A DNA stretch of 14,302 nt, from positions 1 through 14,302 of the IMG/VR virus record IMGVR_UViG_2778261167_000006; one strand, written 5' to 3'. The notes under the pieces were generated by a model, which searched no databases, had not been told where the DNA came from, and saw nothing but the letters and a program-made list of their open reading frames with translations. This stretch comes from a virus. Taxonomy: Duplodnaviria; Heunggongvirae; Uroviricota; Caudoviricetes. The translations under genes and the position numbers were made by a program. Positions 1-8,067 of the stretch are shown piece after piece (position 1 is the first letter of the stretch; each line of letters begins with the position of its first letter).

Positions 1-1047
1 TTAACAAATGTTTTTTATTTCAGTTACAGTCTGATTAAATCTCTCTTCTTCCAGTTCCACGCCAATCGCACGGCGTCCCAGTGAAAGTGCCGCTTTTATT
101 GTTGAGCCAGACCCCATAAAAAAATCAGCAACCAAATCACCAGGGCGACTGCTGGCATCAATTATCTGCCGCAACATATCCGCCGGTTTTTCACAGGGAT
201 GTTTGCCCGGATAAAACTGCACGGGTTTATGCGTCCAGACATCCGTATAAGGAACAGCTGCTGATACGGAAAAATAACGCCGCAGGGATTTGTACTCTTC
301 CAGCAGGCTGGCATATTGCCGGTTCAGTTCACTGTATACGCTGACCAGCCGGTGGTGTGGCTTTTCCAGTTCCCCACGCTGATGTTTTTCTGCTGCAACA
401 CGCGCAAACAACGCCTGTAATTTCAGATAATCGCCTTCGTTCGGCAACTGCCACTGGCTGATACCAAACCAGTGCGAAGCCATGTTTTTCTTTCCGGTGG
501 CTTCCGCTATCTGTTTTGACGTTATTCCCAGTGATTCACGCGCATCACGAAAGTAAGAAATCAGCGGGGCCATGACGTGCTGTTTAAGGTCGCGCCCCTT
601 TGCCGCATAGCCGTCATTTTTGGGCTGGTATGGCCCCTGATAATGTTCTGCAAACAGAATGCGTTCTGTTGCCGGGAAATACGCCCGCAGGCTTTCCTTG
701 TTGCATCCGTTCCAGCGTCCGGACGGCTTCGCCCAGATAATGTGGTTCAGCACATTAAAGCGTTCACGCATCATGATTTCGGTGTCAGATGCCAGGCGAT
801 GACCACAGAACAGGTAGAGACTTCCGGCAGGTTTCAGTACCCGCCAGAATTGCGCCAGACACTGATCCAGCCATTTCAGGTAATCATCGTCGCCCTTCCA
901 CTGGTTATCCCAGCCCTCGGGCTTCACTTTAAAGTATGGCGGGTCTGTGACTATCAGATCGACAGAGTTTTCCGGTAAGGTCTGGATAAATTCCAGGCAA
1001 TCAGCGTTGATTAACTCGCAACTGGATATTTTTACAGTATTAGCCAT
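1..1047 (-). CDS. DNA methyltransferase, N6-adenine or N4-cytosine type (motif order suggests beta class)
   Basis: 348-aa ORF with DLIVTDPPYF (catalytic DPPY motif) near the N-terminus and FFMGSGST (FxGxG SAM-binding motif) near the C-terminus. Stop TAA at 1-3, start ATG at 1045-1047. Confidence 0.85.
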   Translation of the reverse strand: MANTVKISSCELINADCLEFIQTLPENSVDLIVTDPPYFKVKPEGWDNQWKGDDDYLKWLDQCLAQFWRVLKPAGSLYLFCGHRLASDTEIMMRERFNVLNHIIWAKPSGRWNGCNKESLRAYFPATERILFAEHYQGPYQPKNDGYAAKGRDLKQHVMAPLISYFRDARESLGITSKQIAEATGKKNMASHWFGISQWQLPNEGDYLKLQALFARVAAEKHQRGELEKPHHRLVSVYSELNRQYASLLEEYKSLRRYFSVSAAVPYTDVWTHKPVQFYPGKHPCEKPADMLRQIIDASSRPGDLVADFFMGSGSTIKAALSLGRRAIGVELEEERFNQTVTEIKNIC

Positions 1048-1182
1048 AGATCAATAAGCACTTCTCTGATAGGCTCATTCCGCTTTTGCGCAAAGCAGAT
1101 GGGCCTGAGGTTTGCTTGTGACCCCAACGCATGAGCAGATGGCTGGCAGGTGCCGCTAACACCCACCAGCCGCCCATTACCA

Positions 1183-1211
1183 CAAATAAAAAAGCCTTCA
1201 CTGAGGAAGGC
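1183..1211 (-). terminator. Rho-independent terminator for minus-strand transcription, overlapping the 3' end of the small wHTH gene
   Basis: Inverted repeat GCCTTC (1194-1199) / GAAGGC (1206-1211) with a 6-nt loop, followed on the minus strand by a U-run (plus-strand aaataaaaaa at 1184-1193). Confidence 0.55.
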
Positions 1212-1395
1212 GTCTGTAACAACCGAACTGATAATCAGCCAGACCCGCCATAACAAGCTGGGTCAGTATTAACTGGCAACGTTCGCGTGAAAGGTAAGTA
1301 TTCTGCGCAATTTCCCCGACGGTCGCCGGTTCGGTGACGCTTAATTCATTAAACACCACTCTGGCGGTTTCGGTCATATCCTGCTGTTTTAGCAT
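1198..1395 (-). CDS. Small (65 aa) putative winged-helix DNA-binding protein, function unknown
   Basis: Internal Met of ORF 1198..1566 preceded by AAGGGA about 8 nt upstream. The longer N-terminal extension would read through a terminator hairpin, so the short start is preferred. Sequence TVGEIAQNTYLSRERCQLILTQL resembles an HTH recognition segment. Confidence 0.5.
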   Translation of the reverse strand: MLKQQDMTETARVVFNELSVTEPATVGEIAQNTYLSRERCQLILTQLVMAGLADYQFGCYRRLPQ

Positions 1396-1517
1396 GTCTT
1401 TTTCCCTTTTCTCGTTAACGTGACATACCAATAACTCTTGTCGAAAAAGCCAGCAAGCTGAAAGCCTCGTATCCGCAACCACCAGCGCGTTTAACGTCCT
1501 GTGCCGCTTTTTGGGCG

Positions 1518-1541
1518 CAAAAAACCCGCTCAGTGGCGGGT
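1518..1541 (-). terminator. Rho-independent terminator (minus strand; possibly bidirectional)
   Basis: Plus strand caaaaaACCCGCtcagtgGCGGGTtt: 6-bp GC-rich stem, 6-nt loop, flanked by an A6 run (a U-run on the minus strand) and a short T-run on the plus side. Confidence 0.5.
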
Positions 1542-1657
1542 TTAAGCTGTGTGGCGAAGTTACCACTCTTCACCAAGTATTCGGTAATAAAATAACTTGT
1601 GGTGTTCTCGTTTTTATGCCGATAAAATAAACGGTCCACTTTCAAATGGAGCGATTC

Positions 1658-2578
1658 ATGATTTTTCTCAGAACTGAAAACGGCATCGAGAAACTTGAAA
1701 ACTGGGAGGAAATTATATCCAGACCAAACTTTGTCACCGCTATAGACAAAGGAGTTCAACAACTTGAGGAGATAATTGGTTACTACAAATTTAAAGAAGA
1801 AATCCACTGTGGTCTAACTGGTTGCAACCAACCACATCAAATGGGTTATATTGTAAAAACATCTAGTGGCATTGAAACCAACATCGGAAATAAATGTGGT
1901 AAAAACGAATTTGGTGTGGAATTTGGTGAAAACGTTCTTAGTTTCAATAAATTTATGCAACTCGAAACCAATCGGGAAATTATTAGTGCCGCAAAAAGTA
2001 AATGTGAAGCGTGGCAAAAAAATATTGAAACGATACGAAATATTAAACCCACAATAGATTATCTATCTTCTACCATCGAAAATAGTAAAAATTCCAATTA
2101 CGCCGGAAGACTTGGTGCTACAGAAATTCGTTTTTTGACCAAGAGCCAGACAGGCCTTGTAACCCTTTCTGAAGTGGAAACTGATAAGAATACCAAAACA
2201 ATTCTGTTCGCAATGAATGAACACATGCGCGAGTCTGGAGAAGCAATAAGTGAATTCTACATAGGAAAAGTATCATTTAGTCATGTTCTTTTACCAGAAA
2301 ACAATCTTCGTGATTTTTTTGTTGCGCTCAAAGAAGATCTAAAAAAAATTCAGTGTATTGATCTACAAACAGCCCCAAGCCCAGAAATTTCTAATGTTGC
2401 CAAAATTGCCAGTTCAATCGAAGAACGAATCAAACGATTAAAAAAACTGAAACATGAAGCCAGTAAATTCCTAACTAAAAAAAATCTGCATCCCATCGCA
2501 AACAAAATAAAATACTCATCGACAGCGGATGAACTTGAATTCCATAATTTCGAACGCTTTTTAAACGGGCTGAAATGA
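1658..2578 (+). CDS. Hypothetical protein (306 aa), AT-rich lone gene on the opposite strand to its neighbours; candidate accessory (moron) gene
   Basis: Long ORF with GGAG 6 nt upstream of ATG 1658 (the ORF track starts at ATG 1646). GC about 35% by hand count of sampled lines, against about 55-60% in the helicase region. Contains HCGLTGC...CGKNEF cysteines but no motif I can assign. Confidence 0.7.
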   Translation: MIFLRTENGIEKLENWEEIISRPNFVTAIDKGVQQLEEIIGYYKFKEEIHCGLTGCNQPHQMGYIVKTSSGIETNIGNKCGKNEFGVEFGENVLSFNKFMQLETNREIISAAKSKCEAWQKNIETIRNIKPTIDYLSSTIENSKNSNYAGRLGATEIRFLTKSQTGLVTLSEVETDKNTKTILFAMNEHMRESGEAISEFYIGKVSFSHVLLPENNLRDFFVALKEDLKKIQCIDLQTAPSPEISNVAKIASSIEERIKRLKKLKHEASKFLTKKNLHPIANKIKYSSTADELEFHNFERFLNGLK

Positions 2579-2581
2579 TAA

Positions 2582-2599
2582 AAGCCCCGAAAGGGGCTT
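2582..2599. terminator. Stem-loop between convergent genes (possible bidirectional terminator)
   Basis: AAGCCCCgaaaGGGGCTT, a 7-bp stem with a 4-nt loop, lying between the stop of the plus-strand gene (2578) and the stop of the minus-strand 276-aa gene (2693). Flanking U-runs are weak on both strands. Confidence 0.35.
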
Positions 2600-2692
2600 C
2601 TATCAAAATCATTTACGCATTATTCCGCATGCTCAAAAGAATACATGACAGATTCGGACAAAATCAAGTGCAATGTCGCAAAAAGCCTAAGT

Positions 2693-3523
2693 TTAGTTCA
2701 CATCATCACCAAAACTTGTCACATTCTGAAAAGCAATATCGGCCTTATGCTCTTCCTGGTGACAAATGTCAACCAGAGAATCAAGAAACGGCTTCCAATT
2801 ACGTGTCCATGTCCTGACATGTAGCTCGGGTATCCGCTTCAGTACAACTTTATATACTGTGGTAGACGGTATCGTGGAAAATCCATTTCCGCTACAACGT
2901 TCGCAGATTTTAAACACTGGCACACCACGCTCGCTTGTGGCTTTGCGGTCCAGTACCTCTCCCTTTCCACCACAACGACACCTGGCACTTATCACTCCCT
3001 TCCCTTTACATACATCGCAAACGACTGGTACAACTTCTGTTACCTCTGTCCATTTCTCCCAGTCTGACGGTCGAACAGCACGGGAGCGACTGGCCCAATA
3101 TGGTGCTTTACCCCATGGGTATGAAACCTTACGAATGACCTGCTTACGGGGTGTTAGTCCGGTACCACTGCAACTATGGCATGTTACGCTGGTGGCCGCC
3201 GATCGGGAATACTCAGCAAAAGCAAACTGCGCCAGTACCAGCATACACCAGCCAAATTCACCACCAGCTGCTTTACGCACATTCTTCGGTGCAATTTCCA
3301 TCGCGTGACGCGCCAGCGCCTGGACTGCCATCTGCTCATCAGTCTTGCTGATACCTGCCTTCCCGAAGAAGGCCACCAGACCAAACCGCTCACGATTGCT
3401 GGTGGTACCAATAGCCGCCATAACATCGGTGCCTGTAAGACGTTCCGGAGAGGTTCCTTTCACATCGTCGCCGATATACATTCCCTGAGGACTGAAGTAT
3501 TTTAGCGATGCCTCAAGCTTCAT
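2693..3523 (-). CDS. Zinc-finger protein with four CxxCxGxG repeats (DnaJ cysteine-rich-domain type); last gene of the replication operon
   Basis: 276-aa ORF with CHSCSGTG, CDVCKGKG, CRCGGKG and CERCSGNG. GGGGAG lies 8 nt upstream of the ATG; the ATG overlaps the upstream gene's stop (TAATG). Confidence 0.75.
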   Translation of the reverse strand: MKLEASLKYFSPQGMYIGDDVKGTSPERLTGTDVMAAIGTTSNRERFGLVAFFGKAGISKTDEQMAVQALARHAMEIAPKNVRKAAGGEFGWCMLVLAQFAFAEYSRSAATSVTCHSCSGTGLTPRKQVIRKVSYPWGKAPYWASRSRAVRPSDWEKWTEVTEVVPVVCDVCKGKGVISARCRCGGKGEVLDRKATSERGVPVFKICERCSGNGFSTIPSTTVYKVVLKRIPELHVRTWTRNWKPFLDSLVDICHQEEHKADIAFQNVTSFGDDVN

Positions 3524-4380
3524 TATTCACACTCCCCAACCAGATTGAGAATGACCGCTGCACCGTCGTCTTCCATGCATTCACCCTTACCACTTGCCAG
3601 AAACCAGCGGCACACCTCCACGGCTTCAGCGCGTGTCACCGGTTTGATAGTTGCCAGCAATTTTTCAAGGTAGCGCTCCCGGTCATATACTGATTCGTGA
3701 TGCTCAGAGTAACCAAACTCATCGCCCTGTTCTTTAGTTGCAGTGTGGCGAACACTGTAGAGCCAGTCCCAGTAAACGAACTCGCGAACAACATCAGACA
3801 GCGTATAAGGCTCAGGCAGCACATCGCGATATCCATCAACAAATGCCCGACGCTGTTCATCAATTTCGTTCATGCGGCTGCCGCCAATGCTTCCGGCTTT
3901 TTTCTCTGCCGCAGTCCAGCCCCAGAGATGATCGTTGATAAATTTCTTGGAAGACCTGATGACCCGCTCTGCTTCCACATCTTCGAGCGCTGCTTCATAG
4001 CTACCAAACGTAGCCCTGACTGATGCCGCTTTTTTGATGTTCTCCCGGGCGTTCCTGATAACCTGCGCAGGGTTATCCATGCCGATGATGCCGAACGCAA
4101 CCTGGAAAGGTTCGTAACCATTCGCCAGCAGATAACGCGAATAGCGTTCCTGAGCCTCTTTTGGGGAAATTTTAATTTTCACCAGCGCAGCCTCAGCAGC
4201 ATCCAGATGTGCGGGTTCGTTCAGACGGATAACCTCCAGCACCCAAAGATAAGCATCAGTCTGCTTATGCCCGGTGATTCTCCGTTGCTCTGGCAGGGGC
4301 TTGATGTTTGTGAGGGCGGAGCTGTACGCTGCCGTCGGGATGGTGAATAGTGCTTTATGTTCGTTATTATCAGTACGCAT
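3523..4380 (-). CDS. Hypothetical phage protein (285 aa), coupled between primase and the zinc-finger protein
   Basis: Long ORF with TAATG start/stop overlaps at both ends (4378-4382 and 3521-3525), placing it in the same operon. No recognisable motif. Confidence 0.65.
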   Translation of the reverse strand: MRTDNNEHKALFTIPTAAYSSALTNIKPLPEQRRITGHKQTDAYLWVLEVIRLNEPAHLDAAEAALVKIKISPKEAQERYSRYLLANGYEPFQVAFGIIGMDNPAQVIRNARENIKKAASVRATFGSYEAALEDVEAERVIRSSKKFINDHLWGWTAAEKKAGSIGGSRMNEIDEQRRAFVDGYRDVLPEPYTLSDVVREFVYWDWLYSVRHTATKEQGDEFGYSEHHESVYDRERYLEKLLATIKPVTRAEAVEVCRWFLASGKGECMEDDGAAVILNLVGECE

Positions 4381-5348
4381 TACGCAACCGCCTTTTTCTT
4401 ATGGAAAACCAGCTCTCGAACCTGATCACCGTTCATGAGCATATTGTTGAAATCATCGTGATCCGGCCAGTACACGCTCACGCGCTGCAGGTCATTCTTT
4501 GCCATCAGATTGGCATGAGCACATTCGCAAGCCGCAGCCAGCCCGGTGGCGCTGTTCTCGTCACGGTCGGCAAAAATAATCAGGTGCAGAACACCAGCTG
4601 GTACGCGGAACTTTTTCATAAAGCCGCTGTTAATGGTTGCCCAGGTGTTCACGTTATAAATCTGGTGCGCTGACAGCGCTGTTTCGATGCCTTCGGCGAT
4701 ACCCAGAGTGCTGGCGACAGGAAACATGCGGATAGCTACAGAACGAGCGTGATCCAAATAGTTATCTTCCTGCAGGGATTTGAGGCGCTTTGCACTGCTA
4801 CCGATATCTGCTTTTTTATCACCATCAAGCAGAGTCTGGTGCAGATAGCACAGCTCCCCTTTATCGTCCGTAGCAAGTGAATAAAGAGACTGGAACACAC
4901 TCCCGTTGTGTCTCTGCCTGGCATTGAACCGGATCGCCTCAGCAGGAAGACTGAATATTCCACGAGAATTAAGATACGCTGCGCCGGATGTACCACGCAG
5001 TGCCTCCAGTTTTGAAAACTTGCTCAATACCCGTTTGCGTAAGCTGGTGGCGCTGCTGGTTACCGGGATTTTAACCCGTTGGTAATCATTACCGATCAGG
5101 CGGTCTATTTCGGTACAAATCTCGTTAAATGGCTTCGCCTGTGTCAGGGTGACAAGTTTCATACCATCGCCACTACCACATACACAGATCCACGTTCCTG
5201 CACCGTCGCGGTCATCAATTCGGAACTTGCCACGTGCACCGCATACCGGGCATTCACCCTTGAAGTGATTTTTTCCGGTTATCGGCGGCAGACCGAAGTG
5301 CTCTAATATTTCAGGCCAGCGGCCTTTCGCTGCATCTGCTGTTTTCAT
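4380..5348 (-). CDS. DNA primase, TOPRIM type with N-terminal zinc-binding motif
   Basis: 322-aa ORF. N-terminal CPVCG...CVCG zinc-ribbon-like motif; IAEGIETALS (conserved TOPRIM Glu) and IIFADRDENSATGLAAA (DxD motif). Start lies 2 nt after the helicase stop. Confidence 0.85.
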   Translation of the reverse strand: MKTADAAKGRWPEILEHFGLPPITGKNHFKGECPVCGARGKFRIDDRDGAGTWICVCGSGDGMKLVTLTQAKPFNEICTEIDRLIGNDYQRVKIPVTSSATSLRKRVLSKFSKLEALRGTSGAAYLNSRGIFSLPAEAIRFNARQRHNGSVFQSLYSLATDDKGELCYLHQTLLDGDKKADIGSSAKRLKSLQEDNYLDHARSVAIRMFPVASTLGIAEGIETALSAHQIYNVNTWATINSGFMKKFRVPAGVLHLIIFADRDENSATGLAAACECAHANLMAKNDLQRVSVYWPDHDDFNNMLMNGDQVRELVFHKKKAVA

Positions 5349-5349
5349 C

Positions 5350-7008
5350 TTACTGACTCAGACTGTTTATATTTTTCTGGAGTTGGTGCTTTGCCTGCAT
5401 GATGCGCCAGGCCTCACTGCCTGCCGGCATCTCACGTCGTTCATCACGTTCCTGAGATAAATCAATCGTTGTTTGTGCGTTTTCAGTGACCTTCTGAACC
5501 CGCTGACGGCCTTTGGCAAACCGAATCAGCTTGTGTTTGATGTAGTTACTTACCTCTGGGCTTATTTCCATCGGGAAACTGCTCAACCCATCAGGCCATT
5601 CACCGAATTTCTCCCTGAAAGTGTGAGCACACCATCCATCACTGACTGGACGCCCCAGCGAAGCACGCTGGCGCTGATAAAATTTGATCTGACTCCACCA
5701 GGACTGTTTCTCTGCCTTCGTCGACTGATGCTGATTTTTACCCAGCTTATTAAGTTTGCGGCTAGTGTCAGTATCAACGTCTTCACCTCGCAGCGGCTTG
5801 TGTCCACATTTCGGGCAAACATAGACGCCAGCTGGCTTCATGTAGTGGCATTGAGGGCATTCATGTGGCAGTTTTTCGGCCCGTTCCTCAACTGCGCGGC
5901 GCGCGCTTTCCTCCATACCGTCAGACTTGCCGGGAAGATCGTCGTACTCGATTGAATCCGGATAACCCAGACGGTGCACGGTGCCGCTATGATCGAAGAT
6001 GAGGCAGGACTCTTTACCCGGTGCGGTGCGCAGCCCACGCCCGAGTGCCTGCAACCAGCGAATTTCGCTTTTTGTTGGCCTGGCGTAGATGATGCAACGA
6101 ACGTCACTATCGAAGCCGGCCACCAGCACGCCCACACTAACGATGATTTTCGTTGCACCAGTTTCAAAGCGGTGAATGATGGTCTGGCGCTCATCTACCG
6201 GAGTGTCTGCGGTCATTACCTCAGCGTTAACACCTGCGAGGTTAAACTGGATTGTCAGGTAATTGGCGTGGGCTACGTTGACGCAGAAAGCGATGGTAGG
6301 TAGATCCCGACCATTCTCCAGCCAGTTCTGTACAATGTCGCCCACCAGCGTAGATCCGCACATGATTTCAGCTAGCTGCGTTTCGTTGTAATCCCGGCCG
6401 TACTCAAGCGAAGATGTGGTTTTAACACCTTTCAGATCCGGCTTAGTTGGCGCGTAAAATTCGTATTTACTCAGATCGCCACGCTGGATTAACTCGCCGA
6501 TTGTGGTCGGCTTAATCAGTCGGTCATAGTATTTGCCCAGGAACGGGGAAAACGGAGTACCCGACAGGCCAATCACCTTTACGCCTTTGCCGCGCAGACG
6601 TTCGATATCCTTCAGGATGCGTTTTTTACGCAGGTGCGCTTCGTCGATAATCAGCAGATCGATATTTTCAGGAAAAACACGACGAATAAGCGTGTCAGCG
6701 CTGGCAATCTGAATTTTCCGGTCCGGATCGTAGTTCGGGTGATCCGCCCAGATATAACCGATTTCATCTCCAGGTAAACCATACTGCACGAACCGATTAG
6801 CCGTCTGACCAATCAGGATGGTGTACGGAACACAGAACAGGACGCGCATACCACGACTGACAAACCCGGCAACGATGAAGGCAGCCAAACCCGTTTTACC
6901 GCTACCGGTTGGCGAATACACCATGAAGGTGTCGTTTGCCTTCCAATCACGGCGCAACATGTTTAGCGCTCGTTCCTGTGCAAAATTCGGCGTGATCGTC
7001 AGCTCCAT
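5350..7008 (-). CDS. Superfamily-2 DEAD/DEAH-box helicase with C-terminal zinc ribbon (replicative helicase)
   Basis: 552-aa ORF. Walker A SPTGSGKT, motif II IDEAH, motif III-like SGTP, C-terminal CPQCH...CPKCG. GGGAG 7 nt upstream of the start. Confidence 0.9.
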   Translation of the reverse strand: MELTITPNFAQERALNMLRRDWKANDTFMVYSPTGSGKTGLAAFIVAGFVSRGMRVLFCVPYTILIGQTANRFVQYGLPGDEIGYIWADHPNYDPDRKIQIASADTLIRRVFPENIDLLIIDEAHLRKKRILKDIERLRGKGVKVIGLSGTPFSPFLGKYYDRLIKPTTIGELIQRGDLSKYEFYAPTKPDLKGVKTTSSLEYGRDYNETQLAEIMCGSTLVGDIVQNWLENGRDLPTIAFCVNVAHANYLTIQFNLAGVNAEVMTADTPVDERQTIIHRFETGATKIIVSVGVLVAGFDSDVRCIIYARPTKSEIRWLQALGRGLRTAPGKESCLIFDHSGTVHRLGYPDSIEYDDLPGKSDGMEESARRAVEERAEKLPHECPQCHYMKPAGVYVCPKCGHKPLRGEDVDTDTSRKLNKLGKNQHQSTKAEKQSWWSQIKFYQRQRASLGRPVSDGWCAHTFREKFGEWPDGLSSFPMEISPEVSNYIKHKLIRFAKGRQRVQKVTENAQTTIDLSQERDERREMPAGSEAWRIMQAKHQLQKNINSLSQ

Positions 7009-7270
7009 TGTGCTGCTCCCGTGCTGATGAGATAATAATTTCGTGATGTGGTTTTCATGGATTCCCCCTCACATGGCTGGTGGCCTCCCCAAAGGCTGCC
7101 AGCCCCCTTTCTGATTCAGCTCCTCTGAAAAATCACTCTTCCAAGAAGAACCCTTTTCGTTTCTCAAGGCCTGGGCGCTTTGTACTACCTTGCTGATACG
7201 AGCGTTTTTTTAAATTGCGCCCTTAAGACAGTGATCTACTTAACCAATGGATCTCTCCTGTTGGAAAAGA

Positions 7271-7324
7271 CCCTATTCCTGCCCCTACACCCAATCCCCC
7301 CCTACCCCCCTTTCCCTCTTCCCC
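7271..7324. repeat. Polypyrimidine, C-run-rich tract (G-run-rich on the minus strand) in a noncoding region
   Basis: Plus strand ccctattcctgcccctacacccaatccccccctacccccctttccctcttcccc; the minus strand carries consecutive G-runs. No ORF covers it. Confidence 0.6.
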
Positions 7325-7350
7325 ATAAAAACGTACTACTTACCTAGTAC
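7325..7350 (-). terminator. Weak terminator-like hairpin downstream of the cII-position gene
   Basis: Plus strand ataaaaac + GTACTA cttacc TAGTAC; on the minus strand this is a 6-bp AT-rich stem followed by GUUUUUAU. Confidence 0.3.
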
Positions 7351-7421
7351 ATATGAGGAATTGGGTCAGTTGGTTGCCAACCTGAACAGGCACCTTTAAG
7401 CCTGCTTCTGTTCGGGTGCCT

Positions 7422-7730
7422 TTAAACCCGAAACAATGAGGAGCGCGATAGCGATCCAGCCAGGGGCGGCTGAGTTGTATACCCCTGTAAAGCCCTGCCC
7501 TGATTTCTCACAAACAAGCGGAGCCTTGTGTTTGCTTCGTGCCTTGCTCTGTTCTCCTTGCGGAATGAAACAGGCTCAGCGTCAAAAGTGATTTCGTATA
7601 CCTCCGCATATTTCAGGGCGACCTTCCGTCTCAGTGACGGAGGCAGCCCCTGTAACTGCTGCTGAATCCACTCTTCGTCTGCCTGGCAGTACCTAGATGG
7701 CATCTCTGTCTGAACGTAATTCTGGGACAT
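7422..7730 (-). CDS. Hypothetical protein (102 aa) at the position lambda gives to cII; no similarity to lambda CII recognised
   Basis: ORF immediately downstream of the Cro-like gene on the same strand, overlapping it by 38 nt. Confidence 0.5.
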   Translation of the reverse strand: MSQNYVQTEMPSRYCQADEEWIQQQLQGLPPSLRRKVALKYAEVYEITFDAEPVSFRKENRARHEANTRLRLFVRNQGRALQGYTTQPPLAGSLSRSSLFRV

Positions 7731-7980
7731 ACAAGCCCTTCACCTCCGCCGTGCGCGCTAAGCTTGGATGTGGAAAAAGCTCTGGTAGGTCTGGACGAAA
7801 TTCATACGCTTGGATCTTTCCGTCGACAGCTGCAACCAATAACGGCACAAATTCTGGTGAAATCTTGTTCTTGCAGTTCAACCAATCGCAGACTGTTGAC
7901 TGGGCCTTTCCGCATCGCTTGGCTAAGGCTTGCTGACTTCCAAGAATCTCAATAGCTTTCTCTATGGCTTTATGTTTCAT
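7693..7980 (-). CDS. Cro-like HTH DNA-binding protein
   Basis: HTH segment GSQQALAKRCGKAQSTVCDWL. Start chosen at the Met preceded by AGGAGA 7 nt upstream (plus-strand tctcct at 7988-7993). Divergent from the CI-like gene. Confidence 0.75.
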   Translation of the reverse strand: MKHKAIEKAIEILGSQQALAKRCGKAQSTVCDWLNCKNKISPEFVPLLVAAVDGKIQAYEFRPDLPELFPHPSLARTAEVKGLYVPELRSDRDAI

Positions 7981-8002
7981 AATCGCATCTCCTATTGAGC
8001 GC

Positions 8003-8031
8003 ATAATAGCAACAGAAAAAGCGATATTCAA
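8003..8031 (-). promoter_or_regulatory. Putative sigma-70 promoter for the Cro-like gene (PR analog)
   Basis: Minus strand TTGAAT, 17-bp spacer, TATTAT (plus-strand attcaa at 8026-8031 and ataata at 8003-8008), about 15 nt upstream of the RBS. Confidence 0.5.
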
Positions 8032-8047
8032 CGTTAAACCTAGATCA

Positions 8048-8067
8048 TTTATCGGAAAGCCGATAAA
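8048..8067. promoter_or_regulatory. Perfect palindrome, candidate repressor/Cro operator
   Basis: TTTATCGG aaag CCGATAAA: perfect 8-bp inverted repeat with a 4-bp spacer, about 35-50 bp upstream of the CI-like start codon. Confidence 0.45.

Noticed and set aside
577-978. 133-aa plus-strand ORF inside the methyltransferase gene
   Set aside because: Entirely antisense to a well-supported CDS with clear catalytic motifs; no RBS; most likely a frame artefact of GC-rich coding sequence.
1415-1807. 130-aa minus-strand ORF spanning the start of the AT-rich gene
   Set aside because: Would read through the terminator hairpin at 1518-1541 and overlap the start of the better-supported plus-strand gene; no RBS.
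2766-3308. 180-aa plus-strand ORF (and neighbouring short ORFs) antisense to the zinc-finger gene
   Set aside because: Antisense to a CDS carrying four conserved CxxCxGxG repeats; composition artefact.
2693-3523. Calling the zinc-finger protein a lambda-type Q antiterminator
   Set aside because: Its position (last gene of the early operon) fits Q, but the four CxxCxGxG repeats are DnaJ-type rather than the single Cys4 finger I associate with lambda Q, and no late genes follow. Left as a zinc-finger protein of uncertain role.
5838-6303. Overlapping 118-aa (-) and 109-aa (+) ORFs within the helicase gene
   Set aside because: Lie inside the helicase CDS in other frames or strands; the helicase motifs (Walker A, DEAH) strongly support the annotated frame.
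7028-7421. Retron-like or CRISPR-like noncoding element
   Set aside because: No reverse transcriptase or cas genes nearby, no regularly spaced direct repeats, and no msr/msd-like inverted repeat pair of the expected size; kept only as a structured noncoding region.
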